From an uncultured beta proteobacterium (GTDB lineage Bacteria; Pseudomonadota; Gammaproteobacteria; Burkholderiales; Burkholderiaceae_C), in contig CAVVSV010000015.1 of assembly GCA_963750805.1 (NCBI GenBank), positions 7,468-71,467 on the forward strand: a stretch of DNA of 64,000 nt, read 5' to 3'. A program made the position numbers and the translations under genes. The notes under the pieces are model-generated. The model was not told the origin of the DNA, made no database searches, and saw nothing but the letters and a program-made list of their open reading frames with translations. How positions within the stretch are numbered: position 1 is the first letter of the stretch; every line of letters begins with the position of its first letter. This document shows, one piece after another, positions 31,501 to 39,009 of the stretch.

Positions 31501-32622
31501 AACCTGCGGGCTGGCAATGTCCCCGCTGGGACCAATGGGTGCGGGGACGATTTCCAGGTTGGTTGTGCCACTATCCGGGCTGCGGGTCAGGGCATTTTTT
31601 GCTATGCTTTGAGTAGCTAACAATTGATTATTGACGGGGACTTGCGGCTTGTTTTGTTCGGGAAATGTCAGGGGCGGCAGGATGGTCGGTTCCAGGACGG
31701 ACCGCACGCTCAAAACACCCTGGACCAGCACTTCGCCTCCGCCATTGAGTCCTAAGGTGTTGCTGGCCAAAATGTCAATCTCGCCCCCGGTGGTGCCCGC
31801 TGCACCCGTGGCTTCAATCACGCTGCTGGGGGTCAGCTCCACTTTTCGGGTGGCCCGCAACACCACTTTGCCGTTTTCGCCAACCGTGGCCGAGTTGGCC
31901 TGGATGCGCCCGGAATTGCGAACCAGCGCGCCATAGATTGAGATATGGCGCGCCATCAGCGTGCCCAAATTCACCGCTTCCTCATCGGTGTTGGTGATCT
32001 CGACCCGGATGGCAGGCTTGTCGATGTCGGCGACCTCCACAGTTCGCCCGGCAGCCAGCAAAATCTTGCCGTCGGGTGCATTGATCAGCCCCGAGTTGTC
32101 GATGCGCGGAGCAATCAGCAAAATTTCGCCACCCACCGCGCTGCGAAGTGTGCCTTCGTTTTTGATGCCACCCGCGCCAGGCGTCTCGGTAAAACGCAGG
32201 CGCTGGTTCAGGAAGTCTTCATTGGACAAACGCAGGGTGGACGCCACCAGCCCCGCCACATCGACCTGCGAACCTGCACCGAACACGATGCCGTTGGGGT
32301 TGATCAGAAATACCCGGCCATTGGACTGCAGGGTGCCCAGAATGGTCGAAGGGTCGACCCCCACCACGCGATTGAGCACCTGGCTGGCCGCACTTTGCTG
32401 CACAAAGCGGGTCAGCTCGCCGCGCCCGATGTTGAACTGTTGCCAGTTGATGATGGTGCCTGGGGTATTGGTGACCGTCAGTGTGTTGCCGTTTTGCACC
32501 AGGGTGGCTTGGCCATTGATAACCTGGGGTGCCTGCGGGTTGGCGATCAGGCTGCTGGCACCCATGGCCGTGAGCAGCGCCAACATCGGGTGCGGTTTGA
32601 AATGTTTTGGAACTTGCATCAT
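19567..32622 (-). CDS. giant two-partner-secretion exoprotein (TpsA, filamentous-haemagglutinin family), 4351 aa
   Basis: Signal peptide plus a TPS/haemagglutination-activity domain with an NPNGI motif (RVFLINPNGIVFG). After that come a Pro-rich linker and a very long Gly/Thr/Ser/Asn/Leu-rich beta-helix-type repeat body. A TpsB gene lies immediately upstream. Confidence 0.9.
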   Translation of the reverse strand: MMQVPKHFKPHPMLALLTAMGASSLIANPQAPQVINGQATLVQNGNTLTVTNTPGTIINWQQFNIGRGELTRFVQQSAASQVLNRVVGVDPSTILGTLQSNGRVFLINPNGIVFGAGSQVDVAGLVASTLRLSNEDFLNQRLRFTETPGAGGIKNEGTLRSAVGGEILLIAPRIDNSGLINAPDGKILLAAGRTVEVADIDKPAIRVEITNTDEEAVNLGTLMARHISIYGALVRNSGRIQANSATVGENGKVVLRATRKVELTPSSVIEATGAAGTTGGEIDILASNTLGLNGGGEVLVQGVLSVRSVLEPTILPPLTFPEQNKPQVPVNNQLLATQSIAKNALTRSPDSGTTNLEIVPAPIGPSGDIASPQVLQANALPGPIDPVTPAPAPVDANSLSVPLVPANSPGRPEPFVPALPAGPTSPSPSPVPSGAGYGVGGTIRVSARGRVVVGDEAVLDASGPNGGGTIMVGGGWQGLNPNIITSNITYIAKTATLYANADLRGNGGLVVVWANDTAQIYGRIGAKGGALGGDGGSIETSGKRMLNIADGWIADASAGTYADGHKGKAGLWLLDPNNVIVQATGSDTNVTGNPDFTTTADSAIITTATIQAALNAGINVTITTSAGGAQAGDITLSSAITTNSASDVSLTMSAHNNINISASISATGTGKLNLVLNANSDATGGGAATLTSSATLALKGGTISSGNGTTLNTTSGTLNQVVLATNLNVNGTTNYTGGLTLNGVTITLNNAAFDSQSTQSITGTGNIVFGSTGTSYLRGVNTAQTLTIGSGITISGSTTGTSYLGYYAGDTIALNGTVTAGVAGRTWNVGTMNIGATGVFNVSAGTVNLGQAASGTASWSNTGNINASGGTLNLDGNFTRTGIETGHINQSGTGVVQITGNLNLQAGLLNLSTLGLTSLNIASGGANDAVTGGGAGNELTANAGFSLTSSSGELVGVKLGTNLQVNSTTYYSGGLDLNGVTITLNNAAFDSQSTQSITGTGNIVFGSTGTSYLRGVNTAQTLTIGSGITISGSTTGTSYLGYYAGDTIALNGTVTAGVAGRTWNVGTMNIGATGVFNVSAGTVNLGQAASGTASWSNTGNINASGGTLNLDGNFTRTGIETGHINQSGTGVVQITGNLNLQAGLLNLSTLGLTSLNIASGGANDAVTGGGAGNELTANAGFSLTSSSGELVGVKLGTNLQVNSTTYYSGGLDLNGVTITLNNAAFDSQSTQSITGTGNIVFGSTGTSYLRGVNTAQTLTIGSGITISGSTTGTSYLGYYAGDTIALNGTVTAGVAGRTWNVGTMNIGATGVFNVSAGTVNLGQAASGTASWSNTGNINASGGTLNLDGNFTRTGIETGHINQSGTGVVQITGNLNLQAGLLNLSTLGLTSLNIASGGANDAVTGGGAGNELTANAGFSLTSSSGELVGVKLGTNLQVNSTTYYSGGLDLNGVTITLNNAAFDSQSTQSITGTGNIVFGSTGTSYLRGVNTAQTLTIGSGITISGSTTGTSYLGYYAGDTIALNGTVTAGVAGRTWNVGTMNIGATGVFNVSAGTVNLGQAASGTASWSNTGNINASGGTLNLDGNFTTVGIGAINSLGGTVNLTGTLNNVGNVFDIAVNGTLGAAGLSLLSNATITGGTLISSDGTALSVTGTLYLNAVTIGSNLTHTGGFLRMLNGLTLANGVTVNKGSTQWGFDTAGAVSLSTPGSATLITSGGNIYAGYGAANTLTIASGITISGYTSFNQSSAATIVNNGSIIINGVGQTSTINLNSFTNVGLLSVTSGTFNVTPTSWSSSGTISASGGTLTLSGTNLSNTGSLNLSGSAILNLDGNANITTLGTLTRAAGTSINITGNFTIGTGNTLDIGAGGIFKTGGLTSLSNGVIIGGTLISGDTTALNVVGTGYLDGVTIGSNLTHTGGFLRMLNGLTLANGVTVNKGSTQWGFDTAGAVSLSTPGSATLITSGGNIYAGYGAANTLTIASGITISGYTSFNQSSAATIVNNGSIIINGVGQTSTINLNSFTNVGLLSVTSGTFNVTPTSWSSSGTISASGGTLTLSGTNLSNTGSLNLSGSAILNLDGNANITTLGTLTRAAGTSINITGNFTIGTGNTLDIGAGGIFKTGGLTSLSNGVIIGGTLISGDTTALNVVGTGYLDGVTIGSNMTHTGGFLRMLNGLTLANGVTVNKGSTQWGFDTAGAVSLSTPGSATLITSGGNIYAGYGAANTLTIASGITISGYTSFNQSSAATIVNNGSIIASGVGQTTTIAINSFVNNGTVGVSAGTLSTNASFSTNAGTIFVSSGAVFSRTNLSFTNNGTLLNGGNISIGTGTLTNNGILNPGASPGFSTITGNLTLSGTSVINIEMAGYARGIASGYDAIHVTGNVTLGGTVNVLETGGFVAALGDVFHIVSAGGALSGTFATVVPPNGLEPFALGVDSKNAYLQRGLAFTGVNVWNTDSSGNFNVASNWSAGVVPGATDTIIIDRGPNANPVVTITSAISVNKLTTTESVTVASGGTLLVSSDAVFGANLTLQSGGTLTLNGLSNVGGVYTQTAGTLGGLGNLTLATASFTSGSLSGTGQLTTTGVVSVGDITLSKVWNAQGSTSMTAANIVRFNTGTINNSGTFSLDGTQTAPLLNNSGTNAFNNTGTLNKTTATVADVSVAFNNAATGIVTVNGGTLGLSGTGTDAGNYTVASGATLNLASTRSFGTGSGVAGAGLLQVSSGTVDFNAGSTLGIATTGSFLLSSGTANFNLGTTNFVNGLSMTAGTLGGSSNISAATATLTNGVLSGTGQLTTTGVVSVGDITLSKVWNAQGSTSMTAANIVRFNTGTINNSGTFSLDGTQTAPLLNNSGTNAFNNTGTLNKTTATVADVSVAFNNAATGIVTVNGGTLGLSGTGTDAGNYTVASGATLNLASTRSFGTGSGVAGAGLLQVSSGTVDFNAGSTLGIATTGSFLLSSGTANFNLGTTNFVNGLSMTAGTLGGSSNISAATATLTNGVLSGTGQLTTTGVVSVGDITLSKVWNAQGSTSMTAANIVRFNTGTINNSGTFSLDGTQTAPLLNNSGTNAFNNTGTLNKTTATVADVSVAFNNAASGIVTVNGGTLNISGSLTQNGTIRVAGGGAVFSKSGGFTNSGVLAGSGTYDVTGGALVNTGIIRPDGGGADATGTMDITGNFTQTAGGLLDLQVEGNAVGQFDRLAVSGNATLDGTVNLTAINGFIPVANQNLGVMTYASQSGSFATLNGTGFTGLVPAYGATGFTLAQGSGCAVDDCWIGTSGDWSIGSNWSTGAAPTAGQRVQLNVAGNQTITITGGSYSLLDLISDENLVLASGNLTTLGTLTMNSGTTLTITGGALVANGGFTAPVVNLSSGSFGGSGSIAVTSDFNQTGGTFNPTGSLDLMRSLGHFNIGSLTTSGAIRLVTVGAFDIVLNGSLLTSASGLADNVAAISVNAGRDIGITSTSNVTSTTSGAIVLAAAGVMDLKINDGGSNGSNTDLAAAGNLQLTAGGAIYRGDGNAVSLAAKVINVSAGSTLGNLGGAITASTGDVNLTAASGMTVNTATATLGAIDLQSGTGALSVGSLSAGTSITAHSGATMSMGPLTSGSGPISLATTGTGSHLVVSSITSGTGLITLATSGASDITLNGNVQTSIAGLADNVAAISVNAGRDIGITSTSNVTSTTSGAIVLAAAGVMDLKINDGGSNGSNTALSAAGNLQLNAGGSIYRSDNNAFTAIGQSIDLTYGSTLDPAINLTPIAALNITQSVGNLTLTSSSQAVAQRYSTLSGDIIFAPGASFTGGPITVGGNGIAQFNSGAVSFANAFASNMPVVVAGATVNFNDSGAQVISGGTWNINNGVLNLPAAGASVAAGSALVVASGTVAFATGGAAAFTNAGTVTAGSNLMLPGDFTNLTGATANLTNTTIGGNLYNSGTFNVSGLVTVAGPVAQQLDGLLNLPIGAQLDMSNPAGQLSWIGGTIAGQGSVNFSGGGTFNFAGNGDRVIDGLNFGFNNLTLPNGSLTVKSGSLTLSGSALLPDGVGLYLEGGTLNNLGTLDVAGTFGLSGGNFAGSGSLSMSGSGNMNLPSGNAVNWTNTGPLANTATLNLAGTTIPNAITNTGTINMGSGLTFAQPLTNAGVLVATAGSNVQFTNGLTQQPGSALVLSGGSVTGEITMNGGVIKGSGTVNGNVTVGSGVLAPGFSPGAITISGNLVMNSASVLNIELGGLTQGTEYDWINVTGSASLAGTLNVMPYNGYTPPAGSSYSFMNFAASSGSFTNVNLSNVAGWVFSQQAQSLLLSVNALAAAPTLLNQPASLIQTLVTANPVLVAESRLLTVAELTIDLSKVAEDKSKSVVEREPDLEVCP
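21525..21691 (-). repeat. 167-bp identical core, copy 1 (partner at 22161-22327)
   Basis: Identical nucleotide stretch 636 bp away from its partner. The flanks are only loosely similar. Confidence 0.8.
22161..22327 (-). repeat. 167-bp identical core, copy 2
   Basis: Same sequence as 21525-21691. Both encode ...ADNVAAISVNAGRDIGITSTSNVTSTTSGAIVLAAAGVMDLKINDGGSNGSNT. Confidence 0.8.
23327..24912 (-). repeat. in-frame tandem repeat, 636-bp unit, about 2.5 copies
   Basis: The sequence at 23327 recurs at 23963 and 24599. The plus-strand shadow ORFs 23930..24565 and 24566.. begin with identical peptides. Only isolated substitutions were seen (e.g. ASGIV versus ATGIV). Confidence 0.9.
25867..27630 (-). 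repeat. in-frame tandem repeat, 744-bp unit, about 2.4 copies
   Basis: Shadow ORFs 26198..26665 and 26942..27409 are identical. One SNP distinguishes the copies (SNLTHTGG versus SNMTHTGG). Confidence 0.9.
27863..30402 (-). repeat. in-frame tandem repeat, 708-bp unit, about 3.6 copies
   Basis: GTGAAGTTGCCATCCAGG recurs at 27863, 28571, 29279 and 29987. Shadow ORFs at 28304, 29012 and 29720 are identical. Confidence 0.9.
31601..31642 (+). repeat. dispersed tripartite motif, copy 7 (tpsA linker region, antisense)
   Basis: GCTAT GCTTTGAG TAGC TAACAATTGATTATTGAC GGGGACT. Confidence 0.65.
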
Positions 32623-32667
32623 TCATTCCCTTCGCATGACGGTGCTTGCTTGCCCATGAACTTGCGA

Positions 32668-34269
32668 CTACTTGAACAGCCAGACCACACTGGCTTGCAG
32701 GCGCTGGTGCCCGGTTTGCGTACCACTGTTGCCCAAAACACCGTGGGTGGCAAAGCCCCAATCCAGGCGCAGACTCATCTGCCGGGCGTAATTGGCTCGC
32801 AAACCCAGCCCTGCGCCTGAAATGTTTTGCTCTGCAATTTCTCCCGGAGCCGGCTGGTTGCGCGAGACGTTCGCCGATTCCACAAACACCAGCGGCGTGA
32901 AGCGCCACTGGTCCACATCCACCGGCGGGGCCCAGACTTCCAGACCCAGGCGCCACCCCTGATCGCCGGCAATTTCGCGTTCTCCAAAGCCACGCACACT
33001 GTCGGTGCCGCCCACGCCAAATTGCTCGCTGGCAATCAGCAAATCCCGGCTGGACTGGCCCGACAAACCCAGCCGCACCGCCCACAATGAGGCCAGCCGC
33101 TGGGTCAATTGCAGGTTGTACTTGAGTGTCCTGAATTGCGCATCCGCCCCGGCGCGGCCACCTGGCAAGTTGTAGTCAGCCGTGTTGCCGTTGCGCCCGC
33201 CGGGCAGGTTGGCCACGTAGTTAGCGCCAAAGCTCAGGTCGCGTGTGTCGTCGCGCCAGGTGGCGTTGTAGCCCAGTGTCAATGGGCGGGTGGCGAGGTC
33301 AGGCACCAGGCTGGCACCACCCAGGGTGACGCTGTTGCCCATCATGCGCTGCTCCAGGCCCACGCTGAGCTTGTGGTTGAAATCCGCCGAGCTATCCAGA
33401 TTGTGGGTGTACCGCAGACCAAACGTCGTGCCACTGCCGCTGATTGCCAGATCCGGCCCGCCTCCTGCTTGTGCAATCTTCCCCGAATCGACACTCGACT
33501 GGCTGGCATTGATGTCCAGCGCCCCGCCCCACGCGTAAAGCGGAATACGGTATCCCAAGCCCAGCACCGACACCTGCTGCCAATGGCCCGGGCTGGACAT
33601 GATCTGCACAGACAGCGCATGGTCGCGGTTGAACAGATTGGCATGCTGGTACACCAGGCCCAACCGGTACTCGCCCGTCGCGGGCGTCCCTGTGTTGTCG
33701 AGCAAAGCCAGCCAACGCTGGGGGTCTTCGCCCACCACCTTCACAGCCACGTCCACATCCTGGTTGTTCGCGGCACGCTTGAATGTGACACTGGTGACTT
33801 TGGCGCCCGCCTCATTGGCCAGCGCCAGATTTCGATTGAGTTCCCCGGTATTGACCACTTCTCCTTCCACGAGGGCGGGCAGGGCGTGGCGTAGATTGGC
33901 TCCGTCATAAAAGGGATTGGCCTCCACCGTCACGTTGCCCAATTTGCCTTGCACGACTTGCAGCGTAACAACGCCGGAGTCCAGTTCCTGCTCGGGAACT
34001 TCCACCTTCACCGAGCCGTATCCAGCGTTGACATAGGCTTGCTCCAGCGCTTCTACCGCTCTTTGAATCGTTTCAAAATCACTGGAGGACCCGACATGCT
34101 GGGCAACAATGGTTTCCACCCGCTTGGGGTGCAGCAGGGTGTTGCCCAGGACCTTGTAGCCGGTGATGCTGAATTGGGTTTGAGCTTCACACAAAACGGG
34201 CGACAACACCAAAGCCAGCAGCGGTATGCTGCGAATCACAAGGGCAACCAGAAAACCAAAAAGCTTCAT
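32668..34269 (-). CDS. ShlB/FhaC/HecB-family TpsB outer-membrane transporter
   Basis: Signal peptide (MKLFGFLVALV...CEAQ), POTRA region and a beta-barrel, directly upstream of tpsA. The ORF is open to 34305. Confidence 0.85.
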   Translation of the reverse strand: MKLFGFLVALVIRSIPLLALVLSPVLCEAQTQFSITGYKVLGNTLLHPKRVETIVAQHVGSSSDFETIQRAVEALEQAYVNAGYGSVKVEVPEQELDSGVVTLQVVQGKLGNVTVEANPFYDGANLRHALPALVEGEVVNTGELNRNLALANEAGAKVTSVTFKRAANNQDVDVAVKVVGEDPQRWLALLDNTGTPATGEYRLGLVYQHANLFNRDHALSVQIMSSPGHWQQVSVLGLGYRIPLYAWGGALDINASQSSVDSGKIAQAGGGPDLAISGSGTTFGLRYTHNLDSSADFNHKLSVGLEQRMMGNSVTLGGASLVPDLATRPLTLGYNATWRDDTRDLSFGANYVANLPGGRNGNTADYNLPGGRAGADAQFRTLKYNLQLTQRLASLWAVRLGLSGQSSRDLLIASEQFGVGGTDSVRGFGEREIAGDQGWRLGLEVWAPPVDVDQWRFTPLVFVESANVSRNQPAPGEIAEQNISGAGLGLRANYARQMSLRLDWGFATHGVLGNSGTQTGHQRLQASVVWLFK

Positions 34270-34393
34270 GGGGCGGCATTCAGACCGGCAACAGCAGAGT
34301 TGCAATTTTAGGTGGCCCGCCTCCGGCGCGCTGTGGAGAATTACCCGGTTGTCAAACTACCTTGAACAAGGCCGACATTTGCTGTGCGGTTTT

Positions 34394-37300
34394 TCACAGT
34401 AATCGCTTCAAATACCGCCCGGTGTGGCTGGCCGGGTTGGCCGCCAAATCTTCCGGTGTTCCGACACCCACCACCTGGCCGCCACCGGAACCGCCCTCGG
34501 GTCCCATGTCAATCAGCCAGTCTGCGGTTTTGATCACGTCCAGGTTGTGCTCAATCACCACAATGGTGTTGCCCGCATCCCGCAACTGATGAAGCACCTT
34601 GAGAAGCAAGTCGATGTCTGCAAAGTGCAGACCCGTGGTGGGCTCGTCCAGGATATAAAGCGTGCGGCCGGTGTCGCGTTTGCTCAGCTCCAGGGCCAGC
34701 TTCACGCGCTGCGCTTCGCCGCCAGACAGGGTGGTGGCAGCTTGCCCCAGGCGGATGTAGGACAGGCCCACGTCCAGCAAGGTGTGCAGCTTGCGCGCCA
34801 GGGTCGGCACGGCGCTCAGGAAAGCGTAGGCGGCTTCCACCGTCATGTCCAGAATCTGCGCAATGTTTTTGCCCTTGTATTGCACTTCCAGCGTTTCGCG
34901 GTTGTAACGCATGCCTTTGCAGACGTCGCAGGGTACGTAAACGTCGGGCAGAAAGTGCATTTCCACTTTGACCATGCCGTCACCCTGGCAGGCTTCGCAG
35001 CGGCCCCCGGCCACGTTGAAACTGAAGCGCCCGGGGCCGTAACCACGCTCCCGCGCGGTAGGCATTTCCGCCATCAGTTCCCGGATGGGGGTGAACAGGC
35101 CGGTGTAGGTGGCGGGGTTGCTGCGCGGTGTGCGGCCGATGGGCGACTGGTCCACATTGATGACCTTGTCGAAGTGTTCAATGCCTTCAATCGCTTCATG
35201 CGCCGCAGGCTCCTCATGGGCCCGGTACAGCGTGCGCGCCACAGCTGCGTACAAGGTGTCGTTCACCAGGGTGGACTTGCCCGAGCCGGAGACACCGGTC
35301 ACGCAGGTGAACAGGCCCACGGGGACTTCAATACTCACGTTTTTCAGGTTGTGACCGGTAGCCCCAATTACCCGCAGCGCCTGCAACTCGCCCAGACTCG
35401 CCTGGTGCGCGGCTTCGCGCTCAGCGCGGCGCGCGGCGGCCGGGCTTTGCGGGAAGCGACTGGATTTGTATTTGTCGGGTGACTCGGTGGATTTCACTGC
35501 CGGCAGCCAGGCTGTGCGGTGTTTGGGTACGGCGATCTTGAGGGTCTGCGCCAAATACTTGCCCGTGAGTGAATCGGGGTTGTCGCGCACTTGCGCAAAC
35601 GTGCCCTGCGCCATCACCCGCCCACCGTGCACACCTGCGCCCGGCCCCATGTCAATGACGTGGTCGGCGGCACGAATCATGTCTTCGTCATGCTCCACCA
35701 CGATGACACTGTTGCCAATGTCGCGCAGGTGCTGCAGGGTGGCGATCAGGCGGTCGTTGTCACGCTGGTGCAGGCCGATACTGGGCTCGTCCAGTACATA
35801 CATCACACCGGTGAGCCCAGAGCCAATTTGCGAGGCCAGGCGGATGCGCTGCGACTCGCCGCCGCTCAAGGTTTCGGCGCTGCGGTCCAGACTCAAATAG
35901 CTCAAACCCACGTCATTCAAAAACTTCAGGCGAAGGCTGATTTCCCGTACCACCTTGGCAGCGATGTCGCCCTTCGCGCCAGGGAGGGTCAGCGCGTTGA
36001 AGTAGGTGAAACAATCACGCAGGGTTGCGTGGCTGACCTCAAAGATCGCCTTGGCACCCGGGCCTTCACCCAGCTTGACATGGCGCGCCTCCTTGCGAAG
36101 TCGTGAGCCGCCACATTCGGTGCAGGCTTGGGTGCTGCGGTAGCGTGACAGGTCTTCACGCACCAGGGCGGAATCCGTCTCGCGGTAGCGCCGCTGCATG
36201 TTGGGAATGATGCCTTCGAAAGGGTGTTTCTTGGTAAGCTTTTTGCCTTGGGACTGGCCAGAATCCATCACGTAGCTGAACTTGATTTCTTCCTCGCCCG
36301 AACCATGCAGCACGGCATGCTGTATCTCGGTGGGTAGTGCTTCAAACGCCAGCTCCAGGTCAAACTTGTAGTGTTTGGCCAGGCTCTCCAGCATCGAAAA
36401 ATAATAGCCATTGCGCCGGTCCCACCCTTTGATGGCTCCGCTGGCCAGACTCAAACTGGGGAAGGCCACCACACGCGTGGGGTCGAAAAATTCCTGATGC
36501 CCTAAGCCATCACAGGCCGGGCAGGCCCCAACCGGGGAGTTGAAAGAAAACAGACGCGGTTCCAACTCTTGAATGGAATAGCTGCACACCGGGCAGGCGA
36601 ATTTGGCATTGAACAGGTGTTCCAGGGGTTGAATTGGCTTCAAGTCCCCGTCAGTATTGGATAGTTTGCTATCAATTTTGGATTCTGTGCGGACATCCAT
36701 CTCCAGCGCAATGGCGCGGCCGTCCGCCAAGCGAAGTGCGGCCTCGAAGCTTTCGGCCAGGCGCTGCTTGAGATTGTCAAATTCTGTGCGGGCTGAGCCA
36801 TGCTCGTCCTGAGCCGTTCCTTCGGCTGCCTCTGGGTGAACCGGTGCATGGCGAACCTTGATACGGTCCACCACCACATCAATGTCGTGCTTTTCGGTTT
36901 TTTTCAGCTTGGGCAGATTGTCGAATTCGCAGGATTCCCCATCCACGCGGAACCGCACATACCCTTGGGCCTGCATGTCTGCGAACACATCCAGAAACTC
37001 GCCCTTCTTCTCGCGCGCCAGGGGTGCCAGAATCATCAGCCGGGTGTTGTCAGGCAGGGCCAGCACGGCGTCCACCATCTGGCTGACCGTTTGGGCTTGC
37101 AAGGGCAGGTTGTGGTCGGGGCAATGCGGCGTGCCGGCGCGGGCAAACAGCAGGCGCAGGTAATCGTGAATTTCCGTGACCGTGCCCACGGTCGAGCGGG
37201 GGTTGTGGCTGGTCGCTTTTTGCTCGATGGAAATGGCCGGCGACAGACCTTCGATCACGTCCACATCGGGCTTGTCCATCAATTGCAAAAACTGCCGCGC

Positions 37301-37492
37301 GTAGGTGGACAGGCTCTCCACGTAACGGCGTTGACCTTCGGCATACAGCGTGTCGAAGGCGAGTGACGATTTGCCGGAGCCGCTCAAACCCGTGATCACC
37401 ACCAGCCGGTTGCGGGGGATGTCCAGGTCGATGTTTTTCAGGTTGTGGGTGCGCGCCCCGCGAATGCTGATGTTTTGCTGCTGCAAAGCCAC
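34394..37492 (-). CDS. uvrA: excinuclease ABC subunit A
   Basis: Two ABC modules ([18 protein letters not shown], two LSGGE signatures) and zinc CxxC modules. The start is uncertain: the GTG at 37492 lies 11 codons before the conserved [11 protein letters not shown], while the ORF is open to 37732. Confidence 0.9.
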   Translation of the reverse strand: MALQQQNISIRGARTHNLKNIDLDIPRNRLVVITGLSGSGKSSLAFDTLYAEGQRRYVESLSTYARQFLQLMDKPDVDVIEGLSPAISIEQKATSHNPRSTVGTVTEIHDYLRLLFARAGTPHCPDHNLPLQAQTVSQMVDAVLALPDNTRLMILAPLAREKKGEFLDVFADMQAQGYVRFRVDGESCEFDNLPKLKKTEKHDIDVVVDRIKVRHAPVHPEAAEGTAQDEHGSARTEFDNLKQRLAESFEAALRLADGRAIALEMDVRTESKIDSKLSNTDGDLKPIQPLEHLFNAKFACPVCSYSIQELEPRLFSFNSPVGACPACDGLGHQEFFDPTRVVAFPSLSLASGAIKGWDRRNGYYFSMLESLAKHYKFDLELAFEALPTEIQHAVLHGSGEEEIKFSYVMDSGQSQGKKLTKKHPFEGIIPNMQRRYRETDSALVREDLSRYRSTQACTECGGSRLRKEARHVKLGEGPGAKAIFEVSHATLRDCFTYFNALTLPGAKGDIAAKVVREISLRLKFLNDVGLSYLSLDRSAETLSGGESQRIRLASQIGSGLTGVMYVLDEPSIGLHQRDNDRLIATLQHLRDIGNSVIVVEHDEDMIRAADHVIDMGPGAGVHGGRVMAQGTFAQVRDNPDSLTGKYLAQTLKIAVPKHRTAWLPAVKSTESPDKYKSSRFPQSPAAARRAEREAAHQASLGELQALRVIGATGHNLKNVSIEVPVGLFTCVTGVSGSGKSTLVNDTLYAAVARTLYRAHEEPAAHEAIEGIEHFDKVINVDQSPIGRTPRSNPATYTGLFTPIRELMAEMPTARERGYGPGRFSFNVAGGRCEACQGDGMVKVEMHFLPDVYVPCDVCKGMRYNRETLEVQYKGKNIAQILDMTVEAAYAFLSAVPTLARKLHTLLDVGLSYIRLGQAATTLSGGEAQRVKLALELSKRDTGRTLYILDEPTTGLHFADIDLLLKVLHQLRDAGNTIVVIEHNLDVIKTADWLIDMGPEGGSGGGQVVGVGTPEDLAANPASHTGRYLKRLL
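36643..36684 (-). repeat. dispersed tripartite motif, copy 8 (uvrA variable insert, sense; 5' block degenerate)
   Basis: AATCC AAAATTGA TAGC AAACTATCCAATACTGAC GGGGACT. Confidence 0.55.
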
Positions 37493-37788
37493 GGCCAAGT
37501 ATTTGCCGTTGAGTTCAGCTTCGAGATCCTTGCCATCACGTTCGGGTGGCTCTGCATTCAGGTGAAGACCGTCGGTGGGTGAGTTCAAAGTGGCGGTGCT
37601 CAGAAATGGGTAACCCTCAATGATAGTGACTGACGGGGTGAAAGGGTACCCGTCCGCGAATGGGGGACAATTCAGCTTGTTTCCCCAAAGCCAGCCCGTG
37701 AATTTTGGGCGCATTCCCCGTGTCTCTCTCACCCTCTGTTCCCGCCGCCGTGCCAGTCGCTACCTCCGAAGGGACGCCGTCCACCGCA

Positions 37789-38973
37789 ATGACCGCTTCG
37801 GAGCGCCGTGCCAGCGCCTCTTTGGCCACGATTTTTGCGCTGCGCATGCTGGGCCTGTTTCTGGTGTTACCGGTGTTTGCGCTGGAAGCCCGCAAATACC
37901 CCGGAGGAGATGACCCATCGCTGATTGGGCTCGCCCTGGGCATCTACGGGTTGACGCAGGGGTTGCTTCAAATCCCGTTTGGCCTGGCGTCAGACCGTTT
38001 GGGGCGAAAACGGGTCATCGTGGCCGGCTTGTTGATCTTTGCCGTCGGCAGTTTTGTGGCGGCGGCGTCGCACTCACTGGCCGGTTTGGCATTGGGGCGT
38101 TCGTTGCAAGGTGCCGGCGCTATTTCTGCCGCCGTGACCGCCCTGTTGGCCGATCAGACGCGTGACGAGGTAAGAACCAAGTCCATGGCGCTGGTGGGCG
38201 CCAGCATTGGCTTGATGTTTGCCTTGTCGCTGGTTATCGCTCCCGTCCTTGTTGCCCAAATCGGATTGGGCGGACTGTTTGCCTTGACCGGTTCGCTGGC
38301 TCTGGCTGGTATTGCGATCGTTCTGTGGTGGGTACCCGCAGAGCCCCCGAAACACAAGGACACGCCGCGTGGCAGTCTGATCGAGGTGCTGCGGCACCCG
38401 GCCCTGCTCCGGCTGGACATAGGCGTTTTCATCCTTCATGCGGTTCAGTTGTCCATGTGGATGGCAGTTCCAGCCATGCTGGTGGCTGCCGGACTGGACA
38501 AGGCGCAGCATTGGGAGGTTTACTTGCCGGCGGTTTTGGGGTCCTTTCTTGTGATGGGATTGACATTGTTCAGACTTGAGAAAAAGGGCTACTTGCGCGC
38601 CGTGTTTCTGTCGGCCATTGGGCTGATTGCCTCGGTGCAGGTGGGACTTTTGTGGGCGGCTTCCAAGCCGCCCACGATTGGCGCACTGGCCGTATTGCTG
38701 TTCGTGTTTTTTTGTGGCTTCAACGTGCTGGAAGCCAGCCAGCCCAGCCTGGCCTCCCGGGTAGCGCCGGCGCATTCCCGGGGCGCTGCCCTGGGGGTTT
38801 ACAACACCTCACAGTCCCTCGGATTTTTTGTCGGTGGCGTTTGCGGAGGCTGGCTGGTCAAACATGAAGGCGCGCAGGGGCTTTTTGCGGTGTCTCTGGT
38901 CGCCATGCTGGTTTGGTTGGCGGTGGCCTGGCCCATGGTGGCGCCGGGCCGGGCGGCGACAAAGGCGGGATAA
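37789..38973 (+). CDS. MFS transporter
   Basis: 12-TM MFS pattern. ATG 37789 (MTASERRAS) is preferred. The ORF is open from 37705. Confidence 0.8.
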   Translation: MTASERRASASLATIFALRMLGLFLVLPVFALEARKYPGGDDPSLIGLALGIYGLTQGLLQIPFGLASDRLGRKRVIVAGLLIFAVGSFVAAASHSLAGLALGRSLQGAGAISAAVTALLADQTRDEVRTKSMALVGASIGLMFALSLVIAPVLVAQIGLGGLFALTGSLALAGIAIVLWWVPAEPPKHKDTPRGSLIEVLRHPALLRLDIGVFILHAVQLSMWMAVPAMLVAAGLDKAQHWEVYLPAVLGSFLVMGLTLFRLEKKGYLRAVFLSAIGLIASVQVGLLWAASKPPTIGALAVLLFVFFCGFNVLEASQPSLASRVAPAHSRGAALGVYNTSQSLGFFVGGVCGGWLVKHEGAQGLFAVSLVAMLVWLAVAWPMVAPGRAATKAG

Positions 38974-39009
38974 TCAAATCCAAAGTCAGAGTTTATTCAG
39001 GAGATCCCT

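Noticed and set aside
19949-32820. Many long ORFs on the plus strand opposite tpsA, for example 27622..30546 (974 aa), 23470..24915 (481 aa) and 31945..32820.
   Set aside because: They are shadow ORFs of a GC-rich, stop-poor repetitive gene. Their periodicity simply mirrors the tpsA repeats, they have low-complexity Ala/Gly/Arg/Val composition, and they lack start context.
37493-37732. 80-codon N-terminal extension of the uvrA ORF.
   Set aside because: It has no similarity to UvrA N-termini as I remember them. It would overlap the divergent MFS gene region and contains a partial copy of the dispersed motif. It is more likely 5' UTR or promoter DNA, but this is not proven.
37493-39009. Search for SOS (LexA) boxes of the CTGT-N8-ACAG type near uvrA and ssb, and also in the recX-recA spacers at 62582-63196.
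   Set aside because: No such dyad was found in these intergenic regions by eye. The recA promoter itself lies outside the window.
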